Source: the human T2T-CHM13v2.0 reference genome, Homo sapiens
Assembly (NCBI RefSeq): GCF_009914755.1
Contig: NC_060926.1
Strand: one strand, 5' to 3'
DNA length: 64,000 nt
The notes under the pieces are model-generated. The model saw only the letters and a list, made by a program, of their open reading frames with translations, was not told where the DNA came from and ran no database searches. Shown here piece by piece: positions 1 to 13,470 of the stretch (positions within the stretch are counted from its first letter, which is position 1; each line of letters begins with the position of its first letter). Both the position numbers and the translations under genes were made by a program.

Positions 1-1290
1 CCCTGCTTTAATTTTTTGGGGTCTATCTCTGGAAGTGGAATTGCTGGATCATATGGTAATTTTATGTTTCATTATTTTTAGGAACCACCATAGTGTTTTC
101 CACGGTGGCTACATCGTTTTACATTCCCACCAGCAGAGCACAAGGGTTCCAATTGTATCTCTTGTGGTTTTTGATTTGCATTTCCCTAATGATTAGGAAT
201 GTTAATCTTTTCATGTGCTGTTTGGCCGTCTATATCTTAGTAATAGTAATCTTTTCGTGTGCTGCTATTACTGTTAGTAATAGTAATCTTTTCATGTGCT
301 GCTATTAGTAAAAGTAATCTTTTCATGTGCTGTTTGGCCGTCTATATCTTAGTAATAGTAATCTTTTCATGTGCTGCTATTACTGTTAGTAATAGTAATC
401 TTTTCATATGCTGCTATTAGTAATAGTAATCTTTTCATGTGCTGTTTGGCCATCTGTATATTTTCTTTGGAGATATGTCTATCCAAGTTCTTTGTCCAGT
501 TTTCAATCAGGTTTTTTGTTGTTGAGTTGTAGGAGTTCTTTATAATATTATGAGTAGTAATGTCTTGTTAGATATATGATTTGCAAATATTTTCTCCCTT
601 CCTATAGGTTGCTTTTTCACTCTGTTTTTTTTTAGTGTATATTATCTTTTATTTACCTATGTAGTGACTTTAATCAGTGCTCATTATTTCTTTGTGTGGA
701 TTCCATTCATTCTGTTGATAATGTCTTCTGATGGACAAAAGTTTTTAATTTTGATGAAGTTTGATTTTTTAATTTTCTTACTGCCTGTGCTTTTGGTGTC
801 ATATATAGTTTTCATTTTGTAGTTTCCTTTAAGTCTTCTGGCTTTTGTGTTTTGTTAGGGAGGCCATCTACATCATAAGATTATAAAAATATTCTCTGAA
901 ATTTTCTTCAAATACTATTGTAATTTTTTTAAACATTTGGTTCTATAATCTCATCTGGAATTTAGTTTTGTGTATGATGTGAGGTAAAATTCCAAATTTA
1001 TTTTTTCTATGTGGATATTCATTTGTTCAAACCAAATGTATTAGTTTATTTTTTCTTCACTGTTCTGAAATACAACCTCTACCATATACTGTATCCACAT
1101 ATGTAAGTATGTCTATTTCTGAATACTCTATTATGTCTCACTGATTTGTGAGTTTCTGCTTTAATTATTTTATAGTTATGTTTTGATTTCTGATAGGGCA
1201 GGTCCCTTCTGATTATTCTCTGTAAATTTTTTCTTGAGTGTTTTTATTTATTCTTCCAGATGAACGTTTGAATCTACATATTGGATTTTT
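1..1290 (-). mobile_element. Old L1M (L1MB/MC-type) LINE-1, antisense, truncated by window start; continues in pieces at ~1870-1965 and ~2615-2740
   Basis: Typical antisense L1 motifs (ggaagtggaattgctggatcatatggta; gatttgcatttccctaatgat; gcaaatattttctccc; gtgtatgatgtgaggta). Confidence 0.85.
203..445. repeat. Higher-order tandem repeat: 7 copies of core taatcttttcatgtgctg, 112-bp super-period
   Basis: Core starts at 203, 247, 284, 315, 359, 396, 427 (spacings 44,37,31,44,37,31). Confidence 0.9.
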
Positions 1291-1304
1291 AGAAATACAG
1301 TAGT

Positions 1305-1850
1305 ATATTACAGTTTACCCAGGATTTGTTTTAATCAGGTTTGGTAAGACATGCAGACGTGGACATAATTATCATGAAGGAAATGTTTAGACTTATATAT
1401 CCCTAGAAACGGCTATTATACAATGCCACTCAGAGCCACATGGGGAAGACCAAGATTGGGCAAGAGGCAGAACCAGGGAGCATGGCCCAGTGCCTTTATT
1501 GGGGTTTTCACAGGATCGAATGGGTGAGGTAGGGTAGGTATGTTGAATAAGTTTAGGATTGGAGAGTTTGAGTAATTTTGGTGGGCTCTGGGTTATAGCT
1601 GCGGCCCCTAATTATCTGATATCTAGCCCTAGGCAGATTTAGGCTGGCAGGAATATTGGCTTGGTGTGTGAGAGTTAGTTACAGGAGATGGTTGGGGATG
1701 TGTGGTCTGGATTGGTTGACTTAAATATCAAAGGTGCACTTGCAAAGAAATCCTTTGTCTTCTCTAGGAATTAGCTAGCCCTGAGAGGGGCAATCTAAGA
1801 TGAAGACTCCAAAATGCCAGAGTATCAAGAATACAGGGGGAAAAAAAAGT
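1305..1850. mobile_element. ERVL-class LTR relic (MER76-like) inside L1M
   Basis: Resembles recalled MER76 consensus (ggatttgttttaatcagg...catgaaggaa...ccctagaaac...ctctaggaattagctagccctg); interrupts the L1M. Confidence 0.55.
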
Positions 1851-1965
1851 CAAAACAAGCTATGATTTTTTTTTTTTGACTGAGGTTGCATTGACTTATA
1901 GAGTAATTTGATAATGAAATGACATCATTACTACAGAGTGCTCCCATCTAGGAAAATGATATGTC

Positions 1966-2286
<321 letters not shown>

Positions 2287-2296
2287 ATGTTTCTCC

Positions 2297-2610
2297 TTTT
2301 ATTTATTTTTTATTTTATTTTATTTTTTGAGACAGAGTCTCACTCTGTCACCCAGGCTGGGGTGCAGTGGCGCAATCTCGGCTCACTGCAACCTCCGTCT
2401 CCCGGTTTCAAGTGATTCTCCTGCCTCGGTCTCCTGAGTAGCTGGAATTACAGGCACATACCACCACTCTCGGCTAATTTTTGTATTTTTAGTAGAGATG
2501 GGGTTTTGTCATGTTGGCCAGGCTGATCTTGAACTCCCGACCTCAAGTCATCCTCCCACCTCGGTATCCCAAAATGCTGAGATTACAGGCATGAGCCACC
2601 ACGCCCAGCC
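2297..2610 (-). mobile_element. AluS
   Basis: Full antisense Alu; flanks ttctcctttt/ttctccattt resemble a TSD. Confidence 0.95.
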
Positions 2611-2791
2611 CTTCTCCATTTATTTAGATATTCTTTTATATTTTCAGTAACATTGCATATTTTTCTTCACATAGGTCTTGCCCATTGTTGTTATTCTTAT
2701 AAATATTCCTAAGATTTTTATCGCTATTCTTTTTTTCTGTATGGCTTTACCAAACATGACACCCTTACAGATCTTGTTCAATATTCAATCA

Positions 2792-3101
<310 letters not shown>

Positions 3102-3236
3102 AAATTGTTAAGTGCTTGTAAAGTATGAGTGAGACTCTAAGGTAGCCACTAGGCAGTCCCCTTCCTAGTGACTTATTATATCCTGATCTGGGAAATGTTG
3201 AACATAGAGAGGGCACAGGTGGTGAAACTGGTCTCA

Positions 3237-3717
<481 letters not shown>

Positions 3718-4579
3718 TCATCTGCTAAAAATGAGAGGGCAGGGACAAGTCTTCCTGGTGGAGAATAATTTGTTGTAATAAAAGCAGCTTGTTAGATTAC
3801 ATGAGGGTCCAGCGTGAATGTGATCAGTGGTCAAAGTCAATGTGATTTTGTGACTTACACTGATAGCATTCAGCAACCACAGGAGTAGGTGAGGACAGTG
3901 TGGTTGGTGAGATTATTCAGGTCTGAGGAGTGGCATGTTAGGATTAGTGAGAGAAAGGTCAAAAATAAAAGTAAGTGTGCTGTGGAGGCTAGAGTGCTAC
4001 CATTTGCTCAGAAATAGCCTCACTTGCACAGTTTTAAAAATGCAACTCAAAAGATAATTATTGACAATTAAATAGCCCCATGGCTTCAACACTAATCATA
4101 ACAAAACAAAAATACTGCAAGGAATGTTCATTCATTCCATTTTTGTGGAAAGAATACCTGTGTTAGATGCTGGAACTGTTTTCAAGGAGCTCATTTCTAA
4201 AAAATTTACTTTCTTGGACCATTTATCCAAAGAAGAAATGCCGTTTCTTCAAAGATGTGTGTTTTTCAAATCTGCACTATCTTCTGTAAGCATTCTGGTT
4301 AAATAATTCCCCAGGATAGGAAAGTCACTTTGATGCTGGTTGTACAAGGGAAATGCCATGAATTCCCAGATGCTTTTAAAATACAGGTGGGTTATAAAGA
4401 CAAAGGTGATGCAACTTGTTGAATGTCTCATTTTTAAATTATAACTTTCAAAGGAGTGAAGGACTTGCCATCCCAAAATATGTCAAACTGGCATATTAAT
4501 TATTTTGAAAACATTGGAGAAATTGTAGTTTCAGAAAGGGGTAGCTGACCTGCATGCAGCAAGCCATAAAGCTTCTTCT

Positions 4580-4870
4580 GTGGCTCATGCCTGTAATCTC
4601 AGCACTTCGGGAGGCCAAGGCAGGAAGATCGTTTAAGTTTAGGCATTAGAGACCAGCCTAGGCAACATGATGAGACCCCATCTCTACAAAAAATATGGAA
4701 ATTAGCCAGGTGTGGTAGTACATGCCTATAGTGGCAGCTACCTGGGAGGCTGAGATGGGAGGATCATCTGAGTCTGAGAGGTCCAGGCTGCAGTGATCTA
4801 TGATCACACCACTGCACTCCAGCCTGAGAGACAGAGTGAGACCCTGTCTCAAAAAAAATGAAAGAAAGAA
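4580..4870 (+). mobile_element. AluJ, slightly 5'-truncated
   Basis: tggctcatgcctgtaatctcagcact...gagaccctgtctcaaaaaa. Confidence 0.9.
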
Positions 4871-4871
4871 A

Positions 4872-4958
4872 GGACGGGGAGGGGGAGAGAGAGGGAGAGG
4901 GAGAGGGAGACAGAGAGGGAGAGGGAGACGGAGAGGGAGAGGGAGATGGAGAGGGAGA
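4872..4958. repeat. (GGGAGA)n purine hexamer repeat at the Alu tail
   Basis: Directly visible. Confidence 0.9.
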
Positions 4959-5764
4959 ATATTCCTTTGGACGAGATCCTCCCTTTACTAGAGCCAGGAA
5001 ATAGCTCTTATCAACCAGAGGCTGGGAACAGGGGGCTGCAGTGGACCCAATTAAATATATTTTCCAAAGTAACCCTTATCTTCTACTAGTTTTACACCCC
5101 GCTTGTATCTCCTAGTGACTCCCCTAGGAATTTATTGCCCGTAGACAGATCGCCTTTGTCCTATCATTTCTTCTTAAGTTTATTATTCTTCATCCAAAAA
5201 GTATAAAAGCATCTTGCTTTGGCCACTTCTTCAGACTTCACTCTCTTGTGAAGATCCCCATGTACATGTAAAACTAATAAAATGTGTATGCTTTTCTCTT
5301 GTAAATCTGCCTTGTGTCAATTTGGTTTCTAGATCCAGCTGAAGGGCCCACATGAGAGCTCAGGCGGGTTGGAGGTGATCTCTCATTACCTACACGTTAT
5401 ATAAATTCAGCATAGGAATAATGGTTGAGGGTAAATTAACATTGTTAAAAAGAATACACCGTAACATAAAGTACTTTAACATTTATAATATGAGACCATT
5501 TATTAAAGAAAATACCATTATATAATAATGAGGCTAATAATTTCATATGGAAATAATACTGTATTAATTCGATGTATTCATACTAACAGTGAACATGATA
5601 TTTTAAATTTTGCTGTCACATAATTATGCTGCTGCTTTATGAAATGTTATACTGTCACCTAGAAAAACCCTTATTTGAGTGTAGATCTGCGATCTTCAGC
5701 CTCATATGGCAGGTTGTAATGTGTTACTGAGGTATTTTTAAGTGAAGAGGTGGGAAAAACTCCT

Positions 5765-6510
5765 GGCTGAGTCATAAAACTGAGGATTCTTTCTTTCCTA
5801 ATCTGCCTGGAGCAAAGCTGTCTAGGCTAACACTGGCCTTTAGCAAAGAACTGAAACACTTTCCTAGTTCTACAAGGCAAATTGGGTAATGGGATGTGGT
5901 ATTGGGTAATGGGATGTGGTGTTAAGTTTGGAATGAGGAGATATCTTAGGGTTGTGAGTCATGGTCCGTATTATTTTTAAGTTGTTGCTTAAAAATAAAA
6001 AAGCAACAAAAAGCAATCAAAGGGAAAGTGAGAGTTAGAAGAAGTTGAAGACCAAATAATTTTGTACTAGTCAGTAAATAGTAGTATTGTGACTACAAAT
6101 GACTATTTGGTACAGGCATCTTAACTCCTCAGCTCTGTTAGCACTGATTAAAAGTGAAAAAGTTGATTCATTGTGTATTGGAATAAATAATGTCTCAAAG
6201 TTTACGCAGTGGTGGAAGTGAAACCAAAATACAAAGCTCCATTTGTGACTGAAGTTTGCTAACATTTCAAGAAGTAGGTTGAAGTGACAGTGGGTAATAG
6301 GAAAAGCAGACATATTTCTTTGCCATGAGATTTTATAGCTGTCATTGGCAGTGTGTTTTCTTAAACTGATATCAGCTACCATTTATACACTTAACAATTT
6401 CTGGTCAGATTAGGGCAGAAGGTTGTGGTACCCACATATATAAAATAGTATAATAATGTTCTATTTTTTTTTTGGAACAAATTTGTTACATGAAATGTCA
6501 GATGAGTCAT
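5765..6510. promoter_or_regulatory. Candidate enhancer: AP-1 motif cluster with one ARE-like site
   Basis: TGAGTCA at 5768, 5955 and 6503; GCTGAGTCAT at 5766; non-repetitive context. Motif evidence only. Confidence 0.3.
5881..5920. repeat. Perfect 20-bp tandem duplication
   Basis: attgggtaatgggatgtggt x2. Confidence 0.95.
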
Positions 6511-7474
6511 TTTGCTCATGTCAGGTATTTAAAAGTAATGGAAAGATGCCAACATGGAAGCCCAGTAATTCATGCGCTGGTGTAATGGAGCAAATGAAAT
6601 GCAAAGCTCTTGTACAGGTCCAATTTCAGCACCAAACGCTTACCTGTCAGTCAGCAAAATTGTCCCTGAATAAAAATGAACCCCATCTGAGAGGCAAAGC
6701 ATTTTAATGTACATCACATTCTTTGACTCTATTGCGAGGTAGAAGCTGCATGGAAAGAAAGAGAATGCTGTTGAAAAAGACATTTAACAGCAACCTCTGA
6801 GCATGCTGAAAATCTCACTCGCATTACTGCCCACAAAAGGTTTTTGGTTTGCCCTTTCTCTCCTGAGCTATTGACAAACTCTTGAGCATTGCTGCCCTCC
6901 CCGGCTCTGTGTCTCTTATCTACATGGAAAGGCAGCTGATTTACTCCAGACAGTGAGAGATTTGGCCACTCAGGGATGTGGAGACCAAGTTTTAGACAGG
7001 TAACTTTATTGCTGCCTGGGTGCAGCTGGGGGATGTATTTATGGACGTGACAATTAAAAGTGTGTGTTGCACAAATCGAAAGTCAGACATACCCTTGTAT
7101 AAATGATTATTGTGGTCCAAAGTGACTGCCATTTCTTTTGGAAAGCCTTTCATTTGGAATCAGTTCCCAGTTTTCTATATGAGCAAGCATCTTACAGAAA
7201 TGAGGTGTCCTAGTTTTTTTTAGACCCAATTCCTGTGGTTTTTAAAAAGCAAATGGGAAAGTTAAGAATTTGTGTGCTTCAGTGCCCACGCACCCAGGGA
7301 TTCTTGTACCCTACCTCTAGGAGTCATGATTTGTTCTACCTTTGAAATGTCTGTTTTCCATTTCTGTGTTTTAAGACTCTAAGTGCTTATAGGAACCCAA
7401 GCAGCTATTGAAAACCAGTAATGACTAGTTCTTCTAAATGCTAATGATTGAGAATGAACTAGCAATCAGGGCTC

Positions 7475-7515
7475 AAAAATAAAATAAAATAAAATAAAGT
7501 AAAATAAAATAAAGT
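7475..7515. repeat. (AAAAT)n simple repeat
   Basis: Directly visible. Confidence 0.85.
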
Positions 7516-8464
7516 GTGCTGAATTAGAAACGATAATAATTAAATCAAGCCAAGGTGCCCTATACTTATGACTGCACTAATGCTTGAAAAATTATGAGTA
7601 CAGAGAAAATTTACATAAATCCTCTTTAAATGATGTATGTGAAAAAAAAGAAAGAAGGAAAAACCATGGTCACAGGACTGAATTTATTTTAATCCCCTGG
7701 TTCAAGTGGTCCTAGAAATAATCATACTTGTATCAATCTATATTGCATGACTTTTGTAAGATGTGAAAATAGTGTTTTTCACTAAATTGTCACTTATTAT
7801 TGTTCATTTAGGGCCACTAACATAGAAAAATTTCTCAGCTACAGTGTCAAAAGAATAGGGACAATTTGATGTTTTCTTTTGATGCTGTTTGTTGATATCT
7901 AGACCACTGTAGCTTGATTGCCTAACATTAAACCTATAATAACAGTGCAATCATAGCAGTATCATCATGAATGTTGTTACAATAGAAACAACATTTACAC
8001 GGCTTCAGAATGGTAATTATCAAACTTTTTGTCATGAAGCGCTTATTTGCTAGCATTGATCTGCCCCGGTCAGTTGTTAGCTCTTCTCATCTGAGGTGTA
8101 TTGATTGTATAATCAGTAGATAGAGGCTGTGGGCAGATGAAATTCAGTGTTGTTGGGCAAATTATCGGCTGCTTGCCTGTTGACCTGGACCCTGCTGGTT
8201 GTACCTTAGATGCTGGTGGGATTATTACTCATTTCAGTGACCCTACTTTATGACAGAGCACTCTGTATTATTATAAAAGATAAATGCCATCCTGCTTGCT
8301 GTGGTTGTGGTTGACTACACAAATGTCAGAATATAGCTAGTCTGCAAACTAGGCAGTGCAAGTATGTTTCCGATGAGATCAAAAGGAGAAATTTTCAAAG
8401 ATTACCTTTTCTGAATTTGTCTCTTTGTAAGAATGTAATAACAAAAAGCCTATGTGTATCTAGC

Positions 8465-8680
8465 TGATGATAATAATGAAACCTTTATGTATATAGCTGT
8501 TTATCATGTGCTAAGGATTATGACAAATCACTTAATATTTTGTTTTACCAGCAAGAACACTGAAGCCGACATTAAGCTAAGCAAATGGGCTAAGATCACA
8601 TGTCAATGAGCAGTAGAGCTTGGAATTAAATCTGTTTCTTCTGAATACAAGTCAAGTTTGTTATATTCTACTGCTCTGTC
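8465..8680. mobile_element. MIR relic
   Basis: aagaacactgaagc...taagatcacatg...tagagcttggaattaaatc...tctgaatacaag. Confidence 0.55.
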
Positions 8681-8951
8681 TTATTAGGTTATCCAGGCTG
8701 ACCATTAAATATGTGTATACTGACAGATCTAAGGTTTCATCCAACTGGATTAAAAAATAAAGACCTCAATGTTACTTAAATAAATTATTGCATTGGGTAA
8801 TTTTTGAGACTATTTGAGCTATTAAATAATTATAACATTCCAAAGCCCAAGGTCTAACATGGGATTACTTTTATAGACAAAATCATTTTATATAAAGAGC
8901 ACTGTAAATTTTATAGCTGGTGGCTGTTTTTAAAAAATCTAGATGGTTTTT

Positions 8952-9257
<306 letters not shown>

Positions 9258-10419
9258 TTAACAGAATGTTTTGTTTATATGAAAAAATTCTCAAACGTTA
9301 TTTATGTTACCATGTCCTATTTTCCTTGTACTTTAGGATCATTCTATCCATCGTAGGTAAGTACAGGATGGCATCACATCCTAATACCTAAACCGGGCCT
9401 TTCTGAAACTACATGGAAGAACAGAAAGAATGTCTTTAGTCTATTTTGACATTTAGATTGCTTCACAAATACATATATGTGAACTTGACAGTGTTCACAG
9501 TGTCATTTTTGCTCTTTCTCTCTGAAAAGAAAAGAGCATAAAAAGGATGTACCTCACTAACAGTGCAATGCCATAAAAATATTAATGTTTTGGTGCTGAT
9601 CATTCAAATTCCCAAATAGTAAAATAGATGAAGCGATACTTAAACATAATTCTCCATTTCTAAATGCACTCAGTTGTGCCTGGTAAGCTGTCTCATTCTT
9701 TCTGCCAACTTCTGGGCCATTGTTTTATAAAGGTCAGTGGTTACCTGCTCATTGTATTTTAAAGGCACACTCACAGCACATAGTCCAATAAGCAAGTCCA
9801 GCAATACCACATTCCTCTTTGGTCTTAAATTCTGCAGCTGTTGAATCATGATTGGGCAATGATTTTTTTTCCTCCTAGTTAACTACTTTATGTTCTTACT
9901 TTTAAAAGACTAAGTGACTGATCTCTTACCCAAAATGTTGGAGGAGATAATGGGTGGAGTACATGAAAGTTACATGCAGAGGTGGCTTAGAGTTGAGATA
10001 TTTAGTAGTTTCCCTCTCTGTGAATACCAGAAAACACAGCTGTTTGAGTACTCCCTTAACATTGCTTACCTAAGCAGGGGAAATAACTAAGAAAGTGACT
10101 CCCAGTTTCTAGCATTGTAAGCTTTTCGAGAGAAGCCTAAATTTGTGTGTATATTCCTTTCCTTTATCTTTTGGCTGCTGAAATACATACTATCAGCATA
10201 GTATTTCAACAAAAATGATGATCTTTTTTGGAAATTCGAATTGTTCTGATACTCCCCACAAAAAACCCTTAAAATACATATAATACATAATAGTCATTAT
10301 TTGGGTATTGATCCTATTATACTGTTAGCTCTTCACATCTGACCTATTTTAGTATTTCCTGCATTGCTCACTACTATGCTTTGTGTATAGAAGGAGCTTT
10401 ATTGATTAAAATGGACTGG

Positions 10420-10690
10420 ATATTCATTCAACAAGTATCTATTGGATGCCTACTAGCTATGAGGCATGGTGGGAGCCATCAGATACAGTAATCAATGAGC
10501 AAGACACACACACAGTCCCTGCTCTCAAAGAGCTCATGATGAGAAAGATGTAAGACAGGCATTAAGTGACCAATTACATAATTTTTAATGCAAGTTTTAC
10601 CTTAATATTATATGCTTAAATAAAATTCAGGATGTTAGAGGATTCTTCAATAAGAAATCAGATCAAGTTTATGCTTCTCCAGGACAGGGA
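10420..10690. mobile_element. L2 3' relic
   Basis: attcattcaacaagtatctattggatgcctac...cagtccctgctctcaaagagctca. Confidence 0.6.
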
Positions 10691-10742
10691 CCTTTAAAAA
10701 TCAACACTTAAAACTCAATTTTTTGCACTTAAAAATAAAATG

Positions 10743-11078
10743 AGGCTGAGGACCATGGCTCACCCTATAATCCCAGCACTTTGGGAGGCTGAGACAAGAA
10801 GGTTTCTTAAGACCAGGAGTTTGAGACCAGCTTAGGCTGGTCTCATAGGGAGATTCTGTCTCTACAAAAAATAAAAAAATAGCTGGGCATGGTGGCACAC
10901 GCCTGTAGTCCTAGCTACTTGGGAGGGTGAGGGGGAAGGATGGCTTGAGCCCAGAAGTTCAAGGCTGCAGTGAGCTATGTTTGAGCCACAGCACCGCATC
11001 CTGGGCAACAGATCAAGACCCTGTCTCTGAAAAGAAGAAAGAAAGAAAAAAGAAGGAAGGAAGGAGACAAAAAATAAA
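10743..11078 (+). mobile_element. AluJ
   Basis: Diverged sense Alu with GA-rich tail. Confidence 0.9.
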
Positions 11079-11500
11079 ATGCACACATTGCAAGTGTACA
11101 TTTCAATGAATTTAGACAAGTGTATACAAATATCCATATGTGAGTGAATAGGTAGAGATGAGTATATATGTATGTATAAGCATATACATATATAACTGTA
11201 TACATACCCACACATCCCCTCATTCAACATACAGGATATTTACATGACCCAGAAAGCTTCCTTTGTGCTCTTTCCTTGAGTACAACTCATCATTTTCCCC
11301 AGGCTCCTGGATTGTTTTTCGAGTTTCAGATAAATGAAATCACATAGTATGTACTCTGTGTCTGACTTCTTTTGCTCAGCCTGATGTTTCTGAGATCCAT
11401 CCATGTTCTTATGTGTATCACTGGTGTTTTCCTTATTATTACTGATTAGCATTTTATTTTATAGATACACCACAATTTATTTATTCATTTATCCACTGAC
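11079..11500 (-). mobile_element. L1ME/MD 3' end relic
   Basis: aagtgtacatttcaatgaatttagacaa...tgagatccatccatgtt...caccacaatttattt. Confidence 0.65.
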
Positions 11501-12004
11501 TGACAAAAATAAACCTTAATTTATTGCTCATAAGGTAAGATGAAAGAAGTGGTACATTTTTATTTATGAGCTGTGAAAATGTACTAGAGGACCTGGGATA
11601 TTACCTTATATTCACCACATATGAATAGTGTTGGCCCACACTGAAGTAATTTTTATCCCCAAATGAGCTATAAAGACATGTCCCACCTGAAAAAACAGTT
11701 TCATTGATAATTTATGGATAATATAAAATGCTTCCTAAGTTGTTGAGTAGAATGCTGAACTAACAGGTAAAACACTAAAATTAATCTGATTCTGTGTATT
11801 GTGGGCTACTTACAGAATGCAACAATTATTTTTGGAATTCAAATTCAAGTCAAAAAATATTTATGAATGTCTGCTATACATAAAGCATGGTATTCAGTTC
11901 TATAAGGCAATAGAAGATAAGCAAGATGGAGTTCCTTCCTTGGAGGTCTAGTGGCCTAAAGTGGGAAATTGGGTGTCTGCATGAAATAATTAAAAAAAAT
12001 AGTA

Positions 12005-12364
<360 letters not shown>

Positions 12365-12369
12365 TTATA

Positions 12370-12900
12370 CCTCCTATAAGCCAGTCAAGTTAATTTTGAT
12401 ACCTTTAAAGATTCTGCACTAGATGAAATCATTGAACAATCAATTAGTCACCACATAGGAGAGCATGAAGCACTGGGTAGTCACTGTCTTGGCTTTGCAA
12501 AGAGCAAATTGTACCAGATCGATTTAATTTCCTTCATGAAGAGATTGACAGTTTATACATACATTTAGGAAGCAATTCAGCTGAACTTCAGAAAGGATTT
12601 TGATTCAGCCACACATGACATTTTAGCACTAACTCAAAGGATGTGGTGTAGGCCAGACCATATTCCTGTAGGAAGTGGCCTGCTTCTCTGGGGGGTTATA
12701 TTTGAAAAGTGTTATGAAGGGCTTAGTGTCAACCATGAATCTTGTTTTATAAATACATATCCAAATGCTGGAGTTATTCTGAATTTCTGTGTCATGCATA
12801 AATAATTGAAAATAAACTCATATGTTGGCAAAGGAAAACCTTGATATGAGTACTCTGGAAGATTGTTATAGATTAAATGAAATGATCTTAAACCATAAAA
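12370..12900 (+). mobile_element. L3/CR1 LINE reverse-transcriptase relic
   Basis: Degenerate CR1 RT motifs in order: tataagccagtcaagttaat (YRPVSL), ggctttgcaaagagcaaattgtaccagatcgatttaatttccttc (GF.K.KSCQTNLISF), aacttcagaaaggattttgat (DFSKAFD), cacatgacatt (HDI). Confidence 0.7.
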
Positions 12901-13419
12901 GTGACAATTGTGTACTTTATGAAGGGCTGTAAGATCAAGTTCAAGTAACATGCTATGGTGATCCTACGCTTTACCAAAGATAGATGGAAGATGGGAACAG
13001 CTAGGCCATAAATAAGACAAGAGACTTAGGAGTCATAGTGGAATTCAATCCATATATTGCTGATCAATTCTGTGTTATTATTTATAAACAATGCATAATT
13101 TTAGAGTGTGTAAAGGGGAATATGATTTGCAAGCATATGGAGCCCAAAGGTCGTTACTCTGCAATAGTCAATTTTAATCACAACTCTCAGACTGTTCTAA
13201 TTTTACACTACAGGGAAGCTAGAGGGTCCAGAGAAAAACATTCTAAATATACAAGAAGATAAATAAATGTTTCTTTAAAGTTCAGACTAGAGAAGAGAGA
13301 CCACTCTTCAAATCGTACAGAGGTATGTACAGAGGTACGATTTGCCTATTCTGTTTGGAAACAGAATAGGCAGCCTTCTGCCCAAGGTGGCATAGGTGTT
13401 AAAGGCTTGGTTTAGTTTA

Positions 13420-13470
13420 AGGGTTCCAAAATCTGATAGGGTTTCAGGATCACTTGGATAGAATTTTTTG
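13420..13470. mobile_element. MER5 (hAT-Charlie MITE) left part
   Basis: gggttccaaaatc...tcaggatcacttgg resembles the MER5 start; remainder at 21047-21078 and 23796-23915. Confidence 0.45.

Larger units (their letters stand above)
4449..5394 (+). mobile_element. ERV1 solo LTR (MER34-family-like), interrupted by an AluJ
   Basis: 5' ttgccatcccaaaatatg...ggcatattaattattttg; TATA-like gtataaaa at 5201; aataaa at 5276; ends ...cctaca. Confidence 0.65.

Noticed and set aside
203-445. Repeat-spacer pattern superficially like a CRISPR array
   Set aside because: Spacers themselves repeat (ABC-ABC), the core derives from the host L1, there are no cas genes and the DNA is primate.
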